From Stylophora pistillata (taxonomy: Eukaryota): DNA of 64,000 bases. Every line of letters begins with the position of its first letter. Position 1 is the first letter of the stretch. Where the stretch lies: the NCBI RefSeq assembly GCF_002571385.2, contig NW_019218008.1, positions 299,131 through 363,130 on the forward strand, written 5' to 3'. A program made the translations under genes and the position numbers. Shown here piece after piece: positions 50,800 to 62,495 of the stretch. The notes beneath the pieces were generated by a model that did not search any database, had not been told where the DNA came from, and saw only the letters and a program-made list of their open reading frames with translations.

Positions 50800-52541
50800 T
50801 CTTGACAAATGAGTGAAGAAAACTGTGACTGTAACCGCTGTGGAGATTCTGAGGTAATGGTTGATGAAAGGGTGTTAGGAATATTTTTCTTGGTAATTTT
50901 GACGACCTCATTATCTGTCTTTATCATTATTCACCCAATATAGCCCGGTTTTATTGTCCCAGCAACGGTTTCCAATTATTATTATTTACGTAACAGGATT
51001 TCTTTTTGAATATCTATATCAGTTGCTGGCATTTCTCTGTTTTTTTAAACATTTTTTTGTTTTGTTTGACTTACTGTGCCCTTCAATGACTTCCCCTAGG
51101 CTCGGAGCCAAACTAGAGATGAACGAAATGAACAACTAAATACAGATATAATTAAAATAGAGTAAATTTGTTCAATCGCGGCTCAGGGAAAGACTGTTTG
51201 AGTTTCGATGTGGTGTCCATCATCATTATCCACTTTTAGGAGCAATTGTTGTTTTAAGTAAGAAATCACCGTACCGAAACCTGCTCAATATTCATTCAAA
51301 TGTTCAACATTTCAACATAGAGTTACTTCCTCCTAACAAACCTTATTTGTGATTACATGACAGAACCATCTAGGATGTTGAGGTGACTTTTTCGCGTCAA
51401 TATTTAGAAACAAGATGTTTAGACAACATCTGCTACAGTTTTGAGTTAACTTTTTAAGCAGTTTTCAAGCAGAAACGTGAGTTGGTGCAAACATCAAATT
51501 TCACTGACACTTGACTTCCGCGGTCTTATANGATGTAGATGTAACAGCAGCTTTTAAGAGCCTCTTAAAGTTCTTAAGCTACATCACAAGGTAACTTGGC
51601 TTACCATGCATTTCTTTGAAAGTACGTACAAAGTAAATTTTAGAAACATCCTTTTTTTAGCTAAAATCGGTCTATTAACTGTAACTCTTGTTAGGAAAAA
51701 CCTACATTATTTAAAGATCAACTTTTCCTTAGAAATAAGCAGTTTTGTTCGTTCTATAAAAGTTAGAAATTTAAACAGTTTTTAAAAAGCGGCAATTTCC
51801 TTGGCCTATTAAAGAAGAATACATTTTGTCAACTATTAAGAGTCAAGCAGCTGGTTATGTCAGAAAAATAATTTACCTATAACATTTTCACCATTTGATT
51901 TATTTAAAAAATTATTTTAAGTAGCAACAAATGATAGAAAAGTAAACATTTCTAGACAATTGCCTCTGAAGCCGCATAAAAAAAAGGTATCTTGTTGCCA
52001 TGGCTACTGAGTAAAACATGTTGTAAATTCTAAAGACCATGAAGGATCTGAATGTCCACGATAAAACATTGTCATGGCAACAAATCTACCACTAATTTCT
52101 GAAACACTCGAGAATTCGCTTTCGCAAAATTTGTAAATCTACACCCAATTCTAGTCAACATGTACTTCATGATACAACAGTGTTCAGTCACTTTGTTGGA
52201 TTTCTTACGTATACTGAGCTCGTACATGACCACTAGCTTTGAACCTTCAAAACACATCGCTCTGACAATGAGCACGTAGATTGAATGCCAGTAGGGTTAG
52301 GGACTACTTCGTATCATATCAGTAAATGTTTGCACTCGTCGGGTGATGATGACCTTGACATGTTACCGCATTCGGCTCCAAGGTTTCGAGCACCTTTTAA
52401 ATTTTCAGTGTCAAGATGTGTAAGTCCTAAGTTTCTGATTTTATCAGGAACAAACTCGAACGAAATATGAAAAACATTCCATTTACTACAACATTTCTTA
52501 AGCTAATTCAGTTAAGCGTTGCCGTTCTCGCCGTCAACTCA

Positions 52542-53422
52542 TTATTGGAAGCCGAAAATCTTCCTAATAATAACCTTGTACTCTCGTCTGAACCTCTTAT
52601 CTGTGGCACAATAGATAAAGGGGTTTCTGGTGCTACTCAGATAAACTAAGAAGCTGTAAGTTAAGTACACTTGTCGTGGTACTTTGGGTTCTCCACGTAC
52701 CATGTCGATGTTATCGACGACGAAGACAGGAAGCCAACAGCATGCAAAGCCGACCACAACTACCACCAAACGTTTCGTCACTCTGGCTTCTTCCACATTC
52801 ACCCGAAGGAGTTGCAGATTATTTTCCAACGAGAAAACACGATTTGATCTTGACACGGAGCGAAACACTTTAACATAGCAGATCTTGATGATGATCAAAG
52901 GAGTTGTGATGAAACAGCAAAGGATTGAGACAGAGTAAGCAATGTTACTTTCAAATTTGTACAGACACATTGCTTTTCCAGGCTGGAATTTAATGCTGCC
53001 GTTTTTGAAGTGTAACATGGGCACAGATGCAGCCAGAGCCAATACTTTTCTTGATTGATAACACAGAAATACCGGCTGACTGCAATTGCTGTCATAGTTC
53101 CAAGACTGCTCATCCCAAATGTAAATGTATCAACTGCTTGAAAACGACAGACCGTTTCACCAAAGATCCAGCTGCCGTGGAAAATACTTGCCACTGTAAA
53201 AGGCATACAGGAGGTACACATCAGAATATTGCTGACAGCCAGTGCTATTACAAACATGTTGGGAATTGTTCGCAGCCCACGCTTTCGGTAAACGGCGTAA
53301 AAAGTGAGAAGAGTTCCGAGGACAGCTGCAACGTTGATAACAGCAAACAAAACTGTTTCAGTCCTAACTAAGACTTCAGATCTAATGGTAAGCTCATGGG
53401 AAAGTGTGTTGGACACCATCAT
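52542..53422 (-). pseudogene. GPCR paralog A2 (frameshifted)
   Basis: TM1-3 lie in ORF 52895-53431 and TM4-7 in ORF 52542-53042, in different frames because of a deletion after INQEKY. Confidence 0.88.
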
Positions 53423-54861
53423 TCTTGACAAATGAGTGAAGAAATCTGTGACTGTAACCGCTGTGGAGATTCTGAGGTAATGGTTGATGAAAGGGTTTTA
53501 GGAATATTTTTCTTGGTAAAGTTAACGAACTCATTATCTGTCTTTATCATTATTGACCCAATATAGCCCGGTTTCATTGTCCCAGCAACGGTTTCCAATT
53601 ATTATTATTTATGGCATTTCTTTGTTTTTTTAAACATTTCTTTTTAGGTTGACTTACTGTGCCCTTCAATGACTTCCCCTAGGCTCGGAGCCAAGCAAGA
53701 GATGAATGAAATGAACAACTAAATACAGATATAATTACAATAGAGTAAATTTGTTCAATCGCGGCTCAGGGAAAGACTATTTGAGTTTCGATGTGGTCTC
53801 CATCATCATTATCCACTTTTAGGGGCAATTGTTGTTTTAAGTAAGAAATCACCGTACCGAAACCCGCTCAATATTCATTCAAATGTTCAACATTTCAACA
53901 TAGAGTTACTTCCTCCCGACAAACCTTATTTGTGATTACATGACAGAAACATCTAGGATGTTGAGGTGACTTTTTCGCGTCAATATTTAGAAACAAGATG
54001 TTTAGACAACATCTGCTACAGTTTTGAGTTAACTTTTTAAGCAGTTTTCAAGCAGAAACGTGAGTTGGTGCAAACATCAAATTTCACTGACACTTGACTT
54101 CCGCGGTCTTATATGCCGATCAAAATAAAATAATGTAAGTTAAACTTTTTTTAATCTTGATCGCATACGACATTTAATAATATTCCACGCATGCTAAACA
54201 AGCTGACCAATAGAAACTTTCCACTCATTTTTTCAGTCACACTGTGTGCACAATATTTGATATGTTTGTGCTCAGTCGATGAACTCTTGTACCACACTGC
54301 GGCACCGCTGTTTTCATCTTTGTTGTCAATTTTTATAACCACTCACTTCTACTAATTGTAACAAAATAAATTTTTGAGTAAGTGAAAATGGGAATGGTTG
54401 GAAATAAAAGAGAAAAACGCAAAGATCACACACATAAAGAATTTGAAATTGAGCTTCAAATATAGTTTTAATGTTGAAATTAATGTACATGTAAGATAGA
54501 ATCGCCGTCACTAAAATAACAATCGTCTACATGTCTTTCTTTGCTGTATAAGAAGTTTGTCTATTTTTGATAATACTCTTTGTCGTTAAAGACGGTCTCT
54601 TTTGATCTGAATCGGCTTTGCTTCTGAAACAAAATTGCAACGAGGAAACACAATGTCGCGAAGAAAACGTAAATATAATTATGACTTTTCCTTTGTTACT
54701 ACGAGTTTTGCAAGTAAGTAAAATAAAAAAATTGCCCTGAGAGCTAGACTTCAGTGTGGGAAAATCTTCGGCTTTAACATTGAACTTGCAAGGTCACTTA
54801 TCGGTCTCATTTTGTTGGGACGCCTGTGAAACTCTTTAAGATTGAGGAAGATGAAAACAAT

Positions 54862-55330
54862 TCAAGCAGCACACTCAGTGCTGTGGCTGCTGTTGTTGTT
54901 GCTGCTATTTTGGCGCCGAAGGTAAGTAATCTTGCGCCAGAGGATCTTGTACTCTCGCCTGAACTGTCTATTCATGATGCCATAAATGAAGGGGTTGATG
55001 GTGCTACTCAGATAGGCCAAGAACGCGTACGTCAGGTAAGCCTGTCGTGGTATCGTGGGTTCTCCGCGCCCGGCGTCCACGTTGTCCATGACAGAGATAG
55101 GAAGCCAACAACATGCGAAGCCAAACAGAACTGCTACTAAAGTTTTCGTCACTTTCGCTTCTTCCACATTCGCACGGAGTTCACAGGGGTTACAGTCTGA
55201 AGAAAAAACGCGATTTGATCTTGAAACTGCACGGAACACTTTGACATAGCAGACTGTGATGATTGTTAAGGGTGTTGCGATGTAAAGACATTCGGTTGTT
55301 ACAGTGTAAGCCATGTTACTTTCAAACGCA
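54862..55330 (-). pseudogene. 5'-truncated copy of GPCR B (TM5-7 only)
   Basis: Nearly identical to 58369-58828 and cut at the duplication junction. Confidence 0.9.
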
Positions 55331-56009
55331 AAAAATAATTTACCTATAACATTTTCACCATTTGATTTATTTAAAAAATTATTTTGAGTAGCAACAAATG
55401 ATAGAAAAGTAAACATTTCTAGACAATTGCCTCTGAAGCCGCAATAAAAAAAAGGTATCTTGTTGCCATGGCTACTGAGTAAAACATGTTGTAAATTCTA
55501 AAGACCATGAAGGATCTGAATGTCCACGATAAAACATTGTCATGGCAACAAATCTGCCACTAATTTCTGAAACATTCGAGAATTCGCTTCCGCAAAATTT
55601 GTAAATCTACATCCAATTCTAGTCAACATGTACTTCATGATACAACAGTGTTCAGTCACTTTGTTGGATTTCTTATGTATACTGAGCTCGTACATGACCA
55701 CTAGCTTTGAACCTTCAAAACACATCGCTCTGACAATGAGCACGTAGATTGAATGCCAGTAGGGTTAGGGACTACTTCGTATCATATCAGTAAATGTTTG
55801 CACTCGTCGGGTGATGATGACCTTGACATGTTACCGCATTCGGCTCCAAGGTTTCGAGCACCTTTTAAATTTTCAGTGTCAAGATGTGTAAGTCCTAAGT
55901 TTCTGATTTTATCAGGAACAAACTCGAACGAAATATGAAAAACATTCCATTTACTACAACATTTCTTAAGCTAATTCAGTTAAGCGTTGCCGTTCTCGCC
56001 GTCAACTCA

Positions 56010-56890
56010 TTATTGGAAGCCGAAAATCTTCCTAATAATAACCTTGTACTCTCGTCTGAACCTCTTATCTGTGGCACAATAGATAAAGGGGTTTCTGGTG
56101 CTACTCAGATAAACTAAGAAGCTGTAAGTTAAGTACACTTGTCGTGGTACTTTGGGTTCTCCACGTACCATGTCGATGTTATCGACGACGAAGACAGGAA
56201 GCCAACAGCATGCAAAGCCGACCACAACTACCACCAAACGTTTCGTCACTCTGGCTTCTTCCACATTCACCCGAAGGAGTTGCAGATTATTTTCCAACGA
56301 GAAAACACGATTTGATCTTGACACGGAGCGAAACACTTTAACATAGCAGATCTTGATGATGATCAAAGGAGTTGTGATGAAACAGCAAAGGATTGAGACA
56401 GAGTAAGCAATGTTACTTTCAAATTTGTACAGACACATTGCTTTTCCAGGCTGGAATTTAATGCTGCCGTTTTTGAAGCGTAACATGGGCACAGATGCAG
56501 CCAGAGCCAATACTTTTCTTGATTGATAACACAGAAATACCGGCTGACTGCAATTGCTGTCATAGTTCCAAGACTGCTCATCCCAAATGTAAATGTATCA
56601 ACTGCTTGAAAACGACAGACCGTTTCACCAAAGATCCAGCTGCCGTGGAAAATACTTGCCACTGTAAAAGGCATACAGGAGGTACACATCAGAATATTGC
56701 TGACAGCCAGTGCTATTACAAACATGTTGGGAATTGTTCGCAGCCCACGCTTTCGGTAAACGGCGTAAAAAGTGAGAGGAGTTCCGATGACAGCTGCAAC
56801 GTTGATAACAGCAAACAAAACTGTTTCAGTCCTAACTAAGACTTCAGATCTAATGGTAAGCTCATGGGAAAGTGTGTTGGACACCATCAT
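56010..56890 (-). pseudogene. GPCR paralog A3 (frameshifted)
   Basis: Same lesion as A2 and differs at only a few positions. Confidence 0.88.
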
Positions 56891-58368
56891 TCTTGACAAA
56901 TGAGTGAAGAAAACTGTGACTGTAACCGCTGTGGAGATTCTGAGGTAATGGTTGATGAAAGGGTGTTAGGGATATTTTTCTTGGTAAAGTTTACGACCTC
57001 ATTATCTGTCTTTATCATTATTGACCCAATATAGCCCGGTTTTATTGTCCCAGCAACGGTTTCCAATTATTATTATTTATGTGACAGGATTTCTTTTTGA
57101 ATATCTATATCAGTTGCTGACATTTCTCTGTTTTTTTAAACATTTTTTTTTAGGTTGACTTACTGTGCCCTTCAATGACTTCCCCTAGGCTCGGAGCCAA
57201 GCAAGAGATGAATGAAATGAACAACTAAATACAGATATAATTACAATAGAGTAAATTTGTTCAATCGCGGCTCAGGGAAAGACTATTTGAGTTTCCATGT
57301 GGTCTCCATCATCATTATCCACTTTTAGGAGCAATTGTTGTTTTAAGTAAGAAATCACCGTACCGAAACCTGCTCAATATTCATTCAAATGCTCAACATT
57401 TCAACATAGAGTTACTTCCTCCTAACAAACCTTATTTGTGATTACATGACAGAACCATCTAGGATGTTGAGGTGACTTTTTCGCGTGAATATTTAGAAAC
57501 AAGATGTTTAGGCAACATCCGCTACAGTTTTGAGTTAACTTTTTAAGCAGCAAGCAGAAACGTGAGTTGGTGCAAACATCAAATTTCACTGACACTTGAC
57601 TTCCGCGGTCTTATATGCCGATCAAAATAAAATACAATTAAGTTAAGCTTTTTTTAATCTTGATCGCATACGAAATTTAATAATTTTCCACGCATGCTAA
57701 ACAAGCTGACCAATAGAAACTTTCCACTCATTTTTTCAGTCACACTGTGTGCACAATATTTCATATGTTTGTGCTCAGTCGATGAATTCCTGTGCCACAC
57801 TGCGGCACCGCTGTTTTCGTCTTTGTTGTCAGTTTTTATAACCACTCACTTCTACTAATTGTAACAAAATAAATTTTTGAGTAAGTGAAAATGGGAATGG
57901 TTGGAAATAAATGAGAAAAACGCAAAGATCACAGACAAAAACAATTTGAAATTGAGCTTCAAATATAGTTTTAATGTTGAAATTAATGTACATGTAAGAT
58001 AGAATCGCCCTCATTAAAATAACGATCGTCTACTTGTCTTTCGTTGTATAAGAAGTTTGTTTATTTTTGATAACACTCTTTGTCGTTAAAGACGGTCTCT
58101 TTTGATCTGAATCGGCTTTGCTCTGAAAGAAATTGCAACGAGGAAACACAATGTCGCGAAGAAAACGTAAATGTAATTATGACTTTTCCTTTGTTACTAC
58201 GAGTTTTGCAACTACATAAAATAAAAAAATTGCCTTGAGAGCTAGACTTCAGAGAGGGAAAATCTTCGGCTTTAACATTGAACTTGCAAGGTCACTTATC
58301 GGTCTCATTTTGTTGGGATGCTTGTGAAACTCTTTAAGATTGGGGAAGATGAAAACAATTCAAGCAGC

Positions 58369-59346
58369 TCACTCAGTGCTGTGGCTGCTGTTGTTGTTGC
58401 TGCTATTTTGGCGCCGAAAGTAAGTAATCTTGCGCAAGAGGATCTTGTACTCTCGCCTGAACTGTCTATTCATGATGCCATAAATGAAGGGGTTGATGGT
58501 GCTACTCAGATAGACCAAGAACGCGTACGTCAGGTAAGCCTGTCGTGGTATAGTGGGTTCTCCGCGCCCGGCGTCCACGTTGTCCATGACAGAGATAGGA
58601 AGCCAACAACATGCGAAGCCAAACAGAACTGCTACTAAAGTTTTCGTCACTTTCGCTTCTTCCACATTCGCACGGAGTTCACAGGGGTTACAGTCTGAAG
58701 AAAAAACGCGATTTGATCTTGAAACTGCACGGAACACTTTGACATAGCAGACTGTGATGATTGTTAAGGGTGTTGCGATGTAAAGACATTCGGTTGTTAC
58801 AGTGTAAGCCATGTTACTTTCAAACGCATACAAACACATTGCTTTTCCAGGCTGAAATTTGAAGCTGTTTTTGCCCTCAAAGAAAAACGGGGACAGAGAT
58901 CCAGCGAGAGACACCCTCCAAACAATGACCATGTATATGAACACTCTTTGCTTCTTAAACAAAAAGAGATACCTTTGTGGTTTTACAACGCAGAAGAATC
59001 GGTTGACCGCAATCACACTCATGGTAACCATGGCGACACTTCCAAAAGTCAGTGCTGCAAAACCTTGGAAGAGACAAAATCTTTCGCCAAACATCCACCG
59101 GCCGTAGAACAGAGTGTCAACTGTAAAAGGCATACACCAGGTACACATCAGTAAATCACTCACAGCCAGTGCTATCACGAACATGTTGGGAATTGTTCGC
59201 AGCCTGCGCTTTCTGTACACGGCGTTAAAAGTGAAAAGATTTCCGAGGACAGCCACAAAATTGGTTACAGCAAACAAAACTGTTTCAGTCCAAACTAAGG
59301 CCTCAGTCCTATTGGCAAGCTCAAGGGAAAGTGTGTCTGTCATCAT
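58369..59346 (-). CDS. Intact intronless class A GPCR B, melatonin-receptor-like family (325 aa)
   Basis: Seven TM segments; GN, LAVSD, NRF, CWLP, NPFIY. Confidence 0.9.
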   Translation of the reverse strand: MMTDTLSLELANRTEALVWTETVLFAVTNFVAVLGNLFTFNAVYRKRRLRTIPNMFVIALAVSDLLMCTWCMPFTVDTLFYGRWMFGERFCLFQGFAALTFGSVAMVTMSVIAVNRFFCVVKPQRYLFLFKKQRVFIYMVIVWRVSLAGSLSPFFFEGKNSFKFQPGKAMCLYAFESNMAYTVTTECLYIATPLTIITVCYVKVFRAVSRSNRVFSSDCNPCELRANVEEAKVTKTLVAVLFGFACCWLPISVMDNVDAGRGEPTIPRQAYLTYAFLVYLSSTINPFIYGIMNRQFRREYKILLRKITYFRRQNSSNNNSSHSTE

Positions 59347-60868
59347 TGCATTTGGTCAATAACATCGGCGAAAAGGTGCGAAAGCTAAGCTTTTGCAAAG
59401 TCTTTCTTGACAACTTTTGGAATCATTGATCGTTGAAACCCATTTAAACGCCGTAGTATTGTGAGTTCTGAACTGAATGACAGATGTAAACACATTGCAA
59501 TCAATAAATAATAAATACGGTTTTGATGTCATCGTTGTTGTCATTCTAATCACGTTGGATTTTGTAACACAAAATTTGCAACATGTAATAACAGATCGAC
59601 TTTAAGTTTCTGGTGTCCGAGAGCACGTGTGGTCTGTCAGTTGTTTAACTCCGAATAAATGTTAGTGAGTCGCTATTAGCGATTGGTATAACTCTTTTGA
59701 GTGAAAGAGAAGATGTGGCTTCTATTTTTCCATATCTTGTTTATCTCCAGACACCTGGCTTGAAAACTGAAACAAACGTTATGTAATCCCACCGTTCACG
59801 AAAGGGATAAGATATCTTGAAGAGCCTCAACAACTTTAACTTCCGCATTCAAGAATAACTGAAAGAAAAAGAATTGCTACTCTCAATAGAAACTTTGAAG
59901 TCAAGTTTGTAACTTTTAGTTCAGCTAGTTTGTTGGCATTGTATAGGGGAAGTTAAATTTAAGTTAAATTTAAAATTTGAAATTTAAAACAACGTCAATT
60001 TGTGTTTGAGCTGAAAAACTTAATTTAAAAATCGAGAGGATGCTGTCCGAGCATCTTGTTGCTGAATAACCAAAAGAAAATTTCATTTTAAACAATAAAT
60101 CAACCACTGGTTAACGCGTTTCAATTTGTTCAAGTGTCCAGATTGAAAGAAGAAACTAGAAAAATCTTGCCAAACAGTAATTTAGAAGTTCAACTAAAAC
60201 TCATGAGATTCAATCGATCATTTCCCTTCATCGACTGTTCGAAATGTGACTATATGTAGCCGTAAATAGACAGACATGACTTCTTTTAGACAACACTCAT
60301 CAAAAAGCCGTTTGACGTACCGCTGTTCGCGTGCCCAAATCTGCTGGTGGAAATTTCAAGAAAACAATATTAAAGTTTCATTTGGAAAAAGTCGTTCTGC
60401 AGCTGATTAGGGTTAGGGCTACAGTTTCACTAGCTCGGAATCTCCCAAAGATTACCGACAATTTTTTCCTGAGATAAACTTGACCGCCATCTTGACTTTT
60501 TCTTAAAAAAAAGGAAACAAAGTATTTAAATTTTTCCCCCATAATAAAAGTTAATAAATATCTCGGCCGAACCTAAAACACTATTTCATTCTCTCAGATA
60601 GTAGGCGCCCTATGATGGGGCATTGGTCAGACTAACCTGTCAGACTAACTTATGCGGAACACATAGCCGTCCAGAATTCAATAGAAAGATGTCATAATTG
60701 TTTAGGCTAACTGGCAATAATTTTCTTTCTTTCGTGTGACGTTCTGTTTTTCTCGCCGAAAAAAGACTTTTTCATTTTCTTTTTTGTGTTTTGACTGCCT
60801 CATTTCTCATGGTAAAATTACTTGTAAACTTGATCTAACTTAAAATGGTGACACTTCAGTTCCTAAAG

Positions 60869-60905
<37 letters not shown>

Positions 60906-61093
60906 AACAAATTACTTACGGCTCTGACTCCACTTAGAATTCTAATAAAACTAGAAGTACATTTGTGTCTTTTATTTCATAACTTTTTAATCATTGAAAA
61001 ATTCTACATGTCCATCATCTGTACTTTGATTGCTTCATTTAAACTGACTGTTATATTGGAAAAAAGGGTTGTTTACTAAAGAAATTTTGGTTA

Positions 61094-61484
61094 CAATGAA
61101 ATATATGAAGTTCATATATTTTGAACTGCGGTATTAGATACATATGATGTACGATCCTCGCAATAGATAGCGCTATTTAAGCAACAGCGAAAATCTAATA
61201 CCTATGTCTTTGTTACAAAATCTAATACATATGTATCTGATACAGCAGTTCAAAATATATGAACTCCATATATTTCATTGTATCTGATTTATCACTTTCA
61301 CGGGTTTATTACGAATCAACTTAACGGCATGCTCCCAGTTGGCTTGTTAGCTCAATTGGTAGAGCGCTGCACTAGTATCGCAGAGATCAGTGGTTCGAAT
61401 CCCGTAGAGGCCTGATTTTTTTCAGGTCTGATTTTCGCTATTGCTTAAATAGCGCTATCTACTGCCAATATCGTGCACCATATG
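61094..61484. mobile_element. Second insertion of the tRNA-Thr-like element (permuted unit plus inverted partial copy)
   Basis: tRNA-like part at 61341-61413. TSD taaagaaattttg(g/t)tta at 61077-61093 and 61485-61501. Confidence 0.85.
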
Positions 61485-61632
61485 TAAAGAAATTTTGTTT
61501 ATTTCACAGCTCATGATTGAAGACAGTGTAATGAATTACAGAAAAATTTCTGACCCCTTTAAAATGGAATTGTGGCAATTTTATTTTCGGATCGTCCTTC
61601 TAAGTATTTCTTTCGGAAGTCTCTGAAAGCTT

Positions 61633-62495
61633 TCAAATGGACCAGGCTCGCGTCAAAAAACTTCTTCCTCCACTTTCAGAGCTGCTGTCGCTGCTCCAGC
61701 GACGAACACAAAGAATTTTCTTAAACACTACTTTGTATCCCCGCCTAAACTGCTTGTTCATGCAACCATATATGAAGGGGTTTATGGTGCTACTGACATA
61801 TGCCAAGCATGTGTATGTCAGATATGCTTGTCTTGGCAAAGTATATTCACCCCGGGCGGCGTCAATGTTATCCATGACAGAAATTGGGAGCCAACAAGAC
61901 GCAAACCCAACCAGAACTGCTACCAATGTCTTTGTCACTTTTGCCTCTTCCACGTTCGCCCGGAGTTGACTGAGGTTATTTTCTCGGGAGAAAACGCGAT
62001 TTGATCGCGAAACTGTTCGGAAAACTTTGACATAGCAAACTGTGACGATCATCAAGGGCGTTGCGATATAAAAACACTCAATAAAGACAGTGTAAGCAAT
62101 GTTACTTTCAAATGTGTACAAACACATTGCTTTTCCAGGTTGGAAATCAAATGTACCTCCTTCGAAGAAAATAGGTGGAACAGATCCAGTGAGAGCCAGG
62201 AACCAAACTGTGACACCTGAACTGTCTATTCATGATGCCATAAATGAAGGGGTTGATGGTGCTACTCAGATAAACTAAGAAGCTGTAAGTTAAGTACACT
62301 TGTCGTGGTAGTTTGGGTTCTTCACGTACCATGTCGATGTTATCGACGACGAAGCCTTTGGTTTTTATACACGACGTATAGAGTTATATGATTTCCAGAA
62401 AGGGCTGTAACATTGATAACTGCGAACAAAAATGTTTCTATCAAAATTAGAGAATCAGTTCTCTCGGCAAGCTTGAGTGAAAGAAACTCTGTCAT
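61633..62495 (-). pseudogene. GPCR paralog C, chimeric pseudogene
   Basis: The N-terminus (MTEFLSLKLAERTDSLILIETFLFAVIN...KNQRLR) and TM4-7 are intact. TM2-TM4 is replaced by ~140 bp of paralog TM6-7 sequence (62215-62354). Confidence 0.85.

Larger units (their letters stand above)
51864..58828. repeat. ~3.5-kb tandem segmental duplication (51864-55330 and 55331-58828)
   Basis: Near-identical ORF sets offset by 3468 bp. The junction at 55330/55331 fuses a mid-gene GPCR B sequence to intergenic sequence matching 51864. Confidence 0.9.

Noticed and set aside
50096-61969. Repeated plus-strand ORFs (MGSPR..., MQPEP...)
   Set aside because: They are antisense shadows of the GPCR copies and recur only because of the duplication.
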